Source of the DNA: an uncultured Anaerolineales bacterium
GTDB lineage: Bacteria > Chloroflexota > Anaerolineae > Anaerolineales > JABWBV01
NCBI GenBank assembly: GCA_964489525.1
Contig: CAZAYY010000001.1
Span: 2,248-66,247, forward strand
DNA: 64,000 nucleotides
Direction: 5' to 3'
The position numbers and the translations under genes were made by a program. Each line of letters starts with the position of its first letter. The first letter of the stretch is position 1. A model generated the notes under the pieces. That model saw nothing but the letters and a program-made list of their open reading frames with translations. It was not told the origin of the DNA and made no database searches. Shown here in pieces: positions 9,006-18,000 of this stretch.

Positions 9006-12000
9006 TTATTCCACCTCAATTGTGAAAGTGGCCTTCCAGGGTTCCGCAACGTCATCCCCCGGGTCGTCGGGGTCGTTCAAATAGGTGAGTTTCACCTGTG
9101 CGCCGGTGTTCCAGCATCCGCCATCATTCCACCAGCGGTTGTCCCAGCCCACCCAGGTTTCGGGTTCGCAAAAACCCAGGCCAACCCCCAACCAGAGGTC
9201 GCCGGTGAAGGCCGTACAGCCCTCGGCAGTGTCGCAGGTGCGCCCGCCCTGGCTTTTGCCCGATTGGCGAATGTGTTCAATCACCAGGGTAACCTCACCA
9301 CGGGCGCTGATCAGGCACAGCCCTGTGCCGTACACGCTGGCCCGCAGGTAGCCGCCGTAAATGGGGTCGCTTCCCCCTGAAGGCTCGAAGTACCAGAAGC
9401 GCACTTCCCCGCTGGCAGCCACAATGACGGTGCACGGGCGGATGTTGTATATTGGGAAATTGCCCCAAACGGCCACGTACACCCCCGTAAACAAACCCGG
9501 TGGAGCGGCACTGGCCGATTTGCCGTTATCTGCGCCGATTTTGTCCAGCAGGTCTTTAAAACCGGCCTCGCGCAGCACAGCGCTGGTCGGGTTGATTTTG
9601 CCAAAAAGCAGGGCAGCCCCCACGGTATAGCCGCTGAATGTGCCCTCGCCGCGCAGGCCCAGGTAGAACATCGGCTCGTAGTTGTACTGCCCGGCTCCGA
9701 ACACGGCTCCGATATAGCGGAATTTTAACTCAGAGATGGTCAGGTCTTTCAGCGCCAGGCTGCCTTCAATCCGTTCATAGCCGGCTTTGGTGCCAATCAG
9801 CAGGGCAAAATCGGCTTTGATCTTAAAGTCTCCGGTCAGGCCGGTGCTGACATTTTTGCCGATAATCAGGATTTCGCCGTCCCGGTTGATTTGAAGGCTC
9901 AGCCAATCGGCGTTGACCAGGGTCTGGTTGCTCACGCTGACATCTACCTGCGACCCAAACGCCAGGCTGACCAGCCGGTAATCTTTGCCCGCTTTTTCGA
10001 AAATGATCTGGCCCATGCCGGTATTGAATTTCACCCCGGCATTGCTGAGCAGCGAACCCGTGGAAAGCCCTGTAATACCGTAGGACTCTTTGCCTTTGAG
10101 TGCCAGCACCACGGGCTCTAACACCGCATAGGCTTCTTTGTAGCTCAGCGAGGTAGACTGCCCGCCGGACTGCTTGATCCATTTGCTCCAAATGACCGAG
10201 GCCAGGTCAACCGGGTCGTTCTGGTTGTTGGGGTTGCGATCCCACCCGCCGTAGTTAAAATCGGAAGCCCAATCTGCAGTTCTCTTTGAAACCAGCGACC
10301 AGTCGTTGGGGTTGAGGATGGTGAAATCGTGCAGCGCCAGGGCACGGAAGGCGGCCTGGCTGGCGGCGTAGCCGAAAAAGATGCCAAAATCGCCCACGAA
10401 GCCTGCCGAGCTGTCGAAGTTGATTTCCGCCACCACAGCGATATCGGATTTAACCACTTCCAGGCCGCTGAGCGGCAGAACGCTGAAATCTTTAAACAGG
10501 CCCACCAGCGCCCCGCCGGAGGTATTGGCCATGAATTTGACCGGCAAAAATTTACTGATGACCCCGTTGATCAGGGGCAGCGCCAGGCTGAGGGCAGGGT
10601 TTTTGGCCGACCCCACCACCACCCCGGCCCCCTGCACAATTTGGGTGACGATGCCCGCCGCGCCGCCAATGCTGATGGGCATGGAGCTGTATACCGGCCA
10701 TTTGCTGAGCAGGGAATCGGCCACGTAGGGCAGAACCCCGGCGTCATCCGCGGCGCGGGCAGATGGGTCGGGTTCCACTTCGCCAAAGAAGCTGACCGCG
10801 CCGTTGCCATCCACAACCACCAGCCCGCAGCCAAAAACCTGCCTTGCTGCGCAGGCTTTTAAGGATGCCCCGGTCAGGACGCCGTCTGCATCCAACAGGG
10901 CAGGTGAAAACGGGACCAGGTTGGCGGCTTGTGCCAGGCCCAGGGTGGAAGGCAGGCTGGTGTGGTCCAGCGGCCGGGCGTAGTAGCGGCTGAGCTTGAT
11001 GTCGCGCAAGGCAAAGGCAACGCCACTCACCCGCAGGTAGTCGGGAAGCTGCTGGTTGGAAGCGCCGGTAGGCAGCGCCAAAATGTCGCCATAATCCCCG
11101 TCCGGCAGCCACTGGCTGTGCAGGGTGATGCTCACCGGGCGCGAGGCCTCGGCAAGGGTTGTGGGGTTCTGGCCCAGGCCGTTGATATAGGCCTTGCCCT
11201 GCAGTTCAAGCACATGGGTGAACGCAGCGGGTAGCGGCTCGCCGAAGCTGGACTGGTAGTCTTGCGGGTAGCTGGTCTGGCTGGTGGGCACAAACTCGGC
11301 ATGGTCGGGGTATTCCAAAAAGTTCCAATACTGGTGCAGCACCGGGCCGGCGCTGCCAATTTCCCCGCGAGCCGGGCAGGCATCCATTGAAAAGCTGTTG
11401 ACCCCATCCAAAACCCATTCAAAACTGGCGTTGGTCGGGTAAGGCAGGCGCAGGCTGAACAGGCCGGTGGTGGGGTCTACCAGGGTATTGTCCAGGAAAA
11501 CCAGGTCTAGCTGGCTGATCGAAAGTTCATAGCCGCGGTAGCGGATGGCGCCGTAGCTGTCTGCATGGAAATGCACCAGACCGCTCACCCCACCCCGGCG
11601 GACATACAGGTCGAAATCTACATCGTTAAACAAAGCCGGTTCAGCGCACGGGTATTCCACCGCGCTGTGCTGCGCCTGGATGTTGAAACCAGGCTCCAGG
11701 CTGGCATAGGCTGGCGCAGTGGCCTCAAGGGAACGCCAGGCGTTTTCGGCAGGGGCTGGCGCCCAGGGGGCCAGGCGCGGCCAGCCATTTTCGGCGTAGG
11801 TCGCACCTGCGGCGTAGAAGCTGGCAGCGACTTCCGGCCGGTTGGTGTCCACCGCCATCCCCTCCAGCCAGGCCAGGCCGGCCGGGCTGAATGAAACGCT
11901 TCCGGCCAAAATGCCGCCGGGTAGAACGGGCAGGTCGGCCAGCCCGGTTTGGAGGGTGGTATATACCGGGGGAACCCCGGCGCGCCAAGCCGGGTAATAG

Positions 12001-15000
12001 CCTTCTTTTACCAGGTAGCTGAGGTCGGTGCCGATGGCCTGGTAATCGAGGCTAAGGGCTGCGTCAAAAAGCAGCCCATCAAGCACCTGGCTTTCAGCAA
12101 TTTCCAGGCTGGCCCCGCTGGCCATCACCACCACAGCCCCAGGCAGGCTGGTGTTGTAGGCCACTGCCTGGGTGGTGGTGAACGCACCCTGCAGCCCTAA
12201 CTTCGAAACCACGACATTGGGCGAGGTGTATACTGGGCGCATGAAGGCCAGGTTGTTGTCTGGCAGCGCCAGGGTTGGGTTCAACGGCGCAGGCACCGCC
12301 ACCGGGGTGTATACCAGTCGGGAAACCGTGGTGGCCTGTCCGCCGAGGCTGGCCTGGCCCGCTCCAATGCTCAGGCCTTGGGGTGAGCTGATTCTCCAGG
12401 GTAAATTTTCATCCACAATTTCGTACCCGGCCAGGTCGAACAGCGGTTCGTACGAAAAATCGGGCAGGGCGTTGAAGAAAACTGCAAACACCTGGCTGCT
12501 GCGCCACCCGGTGGTAGTAGACTCTACTACCTTGATATTGTGGGGCAGCCCCAGCAGCACTTCAATTTTCGCCAGTCCCGGGGTAAATTCAATGTGGCCT
12601 AAATACTGCTGAAATTCAGCCGGGGCTTCTTTATAAACATCCAGTGTGGTAACAATTCGCCCGCTGGTATGTATCCACTGCCCATCTTGAAAGGTCACCC
12701 CCACGTTGAGCACATCGGTTGGGAAAGCGTCTAACCCGCTGGTGCGCAGCATCCCCCGGCCGTGCAGGTTGTCTAACGAAACCGTAATACCGCAGGCCGG
12801 GTTATACTCGCGGTAGGCGCTCATCAGGATATACCAGCCATGCGCCAGTTCAATCCGGGCGGGCAAATCACCCCCGGCGGGAATTTCCGTGTAGGAACAG
12901 GCAACGCTGGGGCCGGGTGGCAGGGGGGCGGAAAGATACACCGGCTCTGGCGCATCGCGCGGCCCAATATTAAGCGATTCCCAATAGCCCAACACTTCCC
13001 AGGAAAGCGGGCTGAAGGCTAGGGCCATGTAATTATAGGCTTGCTCCGGGCTGGGGTCGGATGTATCCACGATGACCCAGGTGTTGGTGAACATGCCGCC
13101 CGGGCCAAAGGTGCCCTGGGTAAGGGTGATGGGTTGGACCGGGGTAACCTGCATCCAGTTTTGGCCTTCTCCCTGGCGGAAGAGCGCCACCCAGGGCTGC
13201 AGGCTGCCCGGCTGGACATCTTCCATCTGAAAACCGCTGAAATAGACGTTGACCGCTGGCGTGGCTCCTGCATCCCATTCCAGGCCGAGTAACTGCCCGG
13301 CCTGGGTCAGGTGACGGTGGGTGCCCAGGAAATTGTTCGGGTTGCGCAGCAGCACAAACTGCGAACGGCTCTGCCCGTTCAGGTTGGTGTTATAAATCTC
13401 CACTTCGAGCGTTTCCCCATCCCTGGCGGAAAGCGTGGGCGTGTCGCCGGGCTGGACAGAAACCGTGGATGACTGCACCTGCAGAATCCCCTCGCTGGCC
13501 CGGTAGACCTTTACCTCGCGCCGCTCCAGGCCGGCGGCTGAACCCACCAGGTCAAGGTCCACTTCCCACACCAACGTGTCGGGGTTTTGACTGTGGTAGT
13601 TCTCGCCATTCCAGGCGGGGGCCTGCGGGGGTGTGCCCGGGTTGCTGGTATCGCAGTAGGGCGGCTGGTTTTCGGCTGGAACCAGTGGGGTGACATTGCC
13701 GTAGGCATCCACGGCTTCAAAGCGGTAGTACAGGTTGGCGGGGTAGGGAGCCACGTAGTCTTCGCTAAAAGTCACCTGGCCGTTTTGAATTTCGAGCCGC
13801 CGGATAAGCTGGAAATCCGCCAAGGACCCACCAGGCGTGAAATCAGCGCCGGGTTCAAACGCCCGGTAAACATTGAGCATTACCAACCCCGGTGTCAGCC
13901 CGGCCAGGGCCAGGGGCGGTTTGTCCGAACAGTCTGCCCAACCGTTGGTGTTGGGGCTGAAGGCCGGGGCGGTGCGCGGGTACAGCCCGGCCTGCACTGG
14001 CGGCGCGGCGGGTGACCAGTTTCCGGCATTGTCGCGAAGCTGCACACTGTACCAGAAAACCTGGCCCAGCGGCGGGGTGTCTGTGATAGACAGGGTCACT
14101 GTAGGCGAGACGCGGTGGCTGGCCACCACGGGCAGGGGAACCCCGCCAGGGGTAAGCTCTGTCCACAGGGTGGCGGTCAGGGTGGGGGTGGGGCTGCGCA
14201 CAAAAAAGGCGCGTAAAGGCAGGCTGGTTTCAAGTGCATCACTGTACACCAGCGTGAGCGTGAGCAGGCTGTGGTCAGGGGCAGCCAGCGCTTCCAGCGG
14301 CGGGGCGGCCGCGGGCGGGTCGAGGTCGCGCACTGCGGCGGCCACATCGCTGCACGGTCCTGGCTTGCCCAGCAGGTCGAGCGGGCACACCCGGTATTCG
14401 TACCCGCCAAACAAAAGACCGGGGAAAGCAGCCGGGTAGGCGTTGAACAGGTTGTCTTCAACAAAATAGCGGCCATCCGGGTCTTCCAGGTCCTGCGGGG
14501 TGCCGGGGCGAATGGGCCGGAAGCCGCTCATCGCCTCCAGGGGTGGGTTGACCCACTCCCAGGAAGAGCCAGTGGCCGGCCCGTTGCGGTAAATCGCATA
14601 CCCACCCACGGCTGGCTGCGAAGCGCTTGGGCTGGGCATATCCCACACCAGGTACACACTGCCATGCGCCCGGCGGTCGGCCTGGGCGCTGTCCCAGTCG
14701 TAGCGTTCCCCGGCGGTGAACGGGCGCAGGCTGTTGGGTTTGCCTAACTCGGATGGGCCGTCGAAAATTGCCGCCTCGCGCAGGTTGGCTGGGGCAGACA
14801 GGCTCGCGCCTGCTGGCACGGTGACCGGCCCAATGATGAGCCAGGCCTGGTCCTTGGGGGAAACAAAATACTCCACATCCCCCGGTGGGGCGTCGCCGTC
14901 TATAAAGGCCAGCCCAAGCGCCATGGCTGCCTGGTAATACTGGTCGGCCAGGGCGCTGGCCCGGCCGGGTTCTGCCAGTAAGATGTCGTATATATCTTCC

Positions 15001-18000
15001 ACGCTCAGGGGTTGGGATGGATCGAGGGCCAAATCTACCCTGATTTGATTGAGCATGTTGGGCCACTGAGACAGGAAGCCTTCCAGGTCGGATGGGCTGG
15101 TGACCATGCGGGTCTCGCCAATGGCCACAAAATTTTGCCCGCCCGGCGCCCGCCGGTAAATGACAAATTCTGAGCCCGGGCCTGTATGGTCGGCAGGCAG
15201 ACCGAACGCCTCCCAGCGCCAGCGCAGCAGCACCCAGCGGTATCCCTCGACAGTGTCCTGCGCCCAAAGCAGGTTGCGTGCATCACAGGGCGCCCGCCAG
15301 GCGGTGGCCAGGGTGGTGACTTCTTCCACCTCCACCAGGCCGTTCTGGTTCAAGTCGTGTTCAGGGCGCAGGGGCACAAGCCCCACCCGTCCCGCCGCAA
15401 GCTGGATATCCTGGATGCTGACGGTTTTGGTCCCCGGTTTGGCGTCCAGGGCCACATTGCAGGCCGAAACCAGCGGGGTTCCTGGCGGCAGGTCGTTATC
15501 ACGGATGATTACACTGTGATTGGCCAACCCCAGCCGGGCATGGGCGCTGGGTACAGCGCTGGGGTTGTAGAGCGTCACCAGGATGACTTCTTCATTTTCA
15601 TTGGCTGTGTCGTCCAAAAGCTGGATGGGTATCGTTTGGGTGGTTTCGCCCAGGTTAAAAGTGAGGGTTCCACTGATTGGGGTGAAATCCTGCCCGGCAG
15701 ATGCCGAGGAACTGGCCAGGGTGGTTGTATACTGCACCGTCACCTGGCTGGAAGCCGGAAAGGCCAGCCGGACAGGCAGGTTGAGCACTCCATTTGTCTC
15801 AACAACACTGGTGGTTTCCGTTTCAAACCCTACGGTGTTCTGGTACATACCAGCGTCAATCCCGGCCTGGGCCTGGCCGTTGGCAAGTGTGAAGGCAGCG
15901 GTGCGCCAGGTTGCCGGGTTCACATCGCTGTCCAGGGCCTCATCGGCGCCCTGGTCCTGCAGGGTGAAGGTGTAGCCGGTGGGTTTGAGCACTTCAATCC
16001 GATAGCTGCCGGGTTTCAACCCGGAGAAGAGATATTCGCCGTTCGCGCCGGTGCTCACACTGTCCAGGGGCGTGGCCTCGTCGGGCGGCAGCAGCAGCAG
16101 GGTCACCCCGGCAATGCCGGGTTCGCCGGGGTCTTGCAGCCCATTCTGGTTCAGGTCTTCCCAGGCCCGGTCGCCTACCGAAGATGGTTTATAAAACCCG
16201 GCGTCCCAGGCGAGGGCGTTCTGACCGGCAGCCAGGGCAATGGCAGCGGTGCGCCCGTTGGTTGGGTCGGCGTCGCTGTCCAGGGCGTCGTTGGCCCCCT
16301 GGTCCTGGGGACTGTATTGGGCATCAAACGGCTGGTCAAACACCACCTGGTAGCTGCCCGGCAAGAGTCCTTCGAAGCGGTAGGCCCCGTTTGCCAGGGT
16401 CAGGGTTTGGGTGAGAAACTCGCCCTGGCGGAAAAGCGAAACCGCAAGGCTGGCAAGCGGGGCGCTCTCCTGGCGCACACCGTCTGCGTTTGCATCTTCC
16501 CAGGCCATACCACCCAATCCAGCCGGCTGGACGACCTGGATAGAAGAGATTGCCGCGTCACTGGCCAGGTTTCCAGGGCTGCCAAGCTGGTGGGCGCTCG
16601 CTTCGGTGTGCAGCAGGAAGCTGGCTGCACCCACCACAAACCCACAGGTATAGGTTTTGCTCGCCCCGGCTGCCAGGTTGCCCAGTGCCTGGGTGCATTC
16701 CGAGATGGGGAAGGTATTGGTTTCTTCGCCAAATGCGCTCACAAACAGGTTTTCCAGGTTTACCGAGCCGCTGTTGGTTACAACAATCGTAACCGATATT
16801 GGGCTGTTCACCAGGACGACCGGTACGGAAGGCTGTTGGGCAATAACCAAATGGACCGGGAGAAAAGTTCCTGTGGGCGTTGGGGTTTGGCTGGGTGTTC
16901 CCGTAGAAGTGGGCGTAAAAGTGGCTGTAGGCGGCTGGGTGTTCGTCGGGGTTGGGGTCGCGGTTTGGGTGGTTGTGCTGGTGGGGGTTGCGGTGTGGGT
17001 GCTGGTTGGGGTGTGGGTCTTTGTAGAAGTAGGCGTTGCTGTGGGGGTGTTTGTACTCGTGGGGGTTGCGGTTTGGGTATTGGTGCTGGTAGGTGTCGCG
17101 GTCTGGGTGTTTGTTGCTGTGGCCAGGCTGGTTGGGGTTGGGCTGGGTTGGGGCGGAGGAGGCTCGCCCGGGGAATAACGGCCAATGTACAGTGATGGCT
17201 TGCCCCCGGCTAACCTGAAGTATCCTGCAGCCCATAAATCGTAAACCGGGCCTGCTTGATGTAAAATCGCTGCTTTTGGCTCGCCATCTGCCAGACCACT
17301 GCCCAACGGCATCCACTCGGTGCCATCCCAACGGGCGGCATTTTGGACAGGCGTCCCCCCTGCCGATGTGAAAATTCCAAAAGCGTACAGGTAACCCAGG
17401 TTGTCGGCAGCCAGGGCGAACACTTCGCCGGTTTCTATACCAGTTCCCAGGGAGGACCAGGAGGAACCGTTCCATTTTGCAATGCGACCGGTCGAAGCCC
17501 TACCAGCAGAAGAAAAACCACCACCCGCATAGAGATTGCCAAATCCATCTACTGCCAACGCATACACAGGCGCGTCCATGCCAGCCCCCATGGCAGACCA
17601 GGCTGTGCCGTCCCAACGGGCAATATGATTGACCAAAACCCCGCCGGCGTGGGTGAAATCCCCGGCGGCGTAGAGGATGCCATCATCATAGGCCAGCGCC
17701 CGGACCGAGCCGTTCATGCCGTCCCCCAGGGCATGCCAGCTATCGCCATCCCAACGGGCAACGAACAGAGCGCCCTGGCCGGAAGCATTGGAAAAATCCC
17801 CCCCGGCATACAGGCTGCCTGGGGCAGCAGCCAGGGCATACACCGTGCCATCTACCCCATCGGCGAGCGGAAACCAATTGGAGCCATTCCAGCCTGCAAT
17901 GCCGTATGCGCTGACTTCACCCGCCTGCCAAAAGCTGCCTCCGGCATACAGATTGTAGTCTGAACCTATTGCCAAAGCATATACCGTATGATTGACTCCG

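Noticed and set aside
16865-17165. Possible CRISPR-like or satellite array
   Set aside because: The periodic 30-nt units are degenerate and contiguous, with no spacers. They lie in-frame within a CDS encoding a Thr/Pro linker, so this is not a CRISPR array.
15186-17195. 669-aa plus-strand ORF, with neighbours 15160-15519, 15583-15975 and 16657-17178
   Set aside because: These ORFs are antisense to, or overlap, the giant minus-strand CDS. Their composition is Gly/Arg/Pro/Ala-rich and typical of off-frame GC-rich DNA. They have no motifs, whereas the minus frame has coherent domains.
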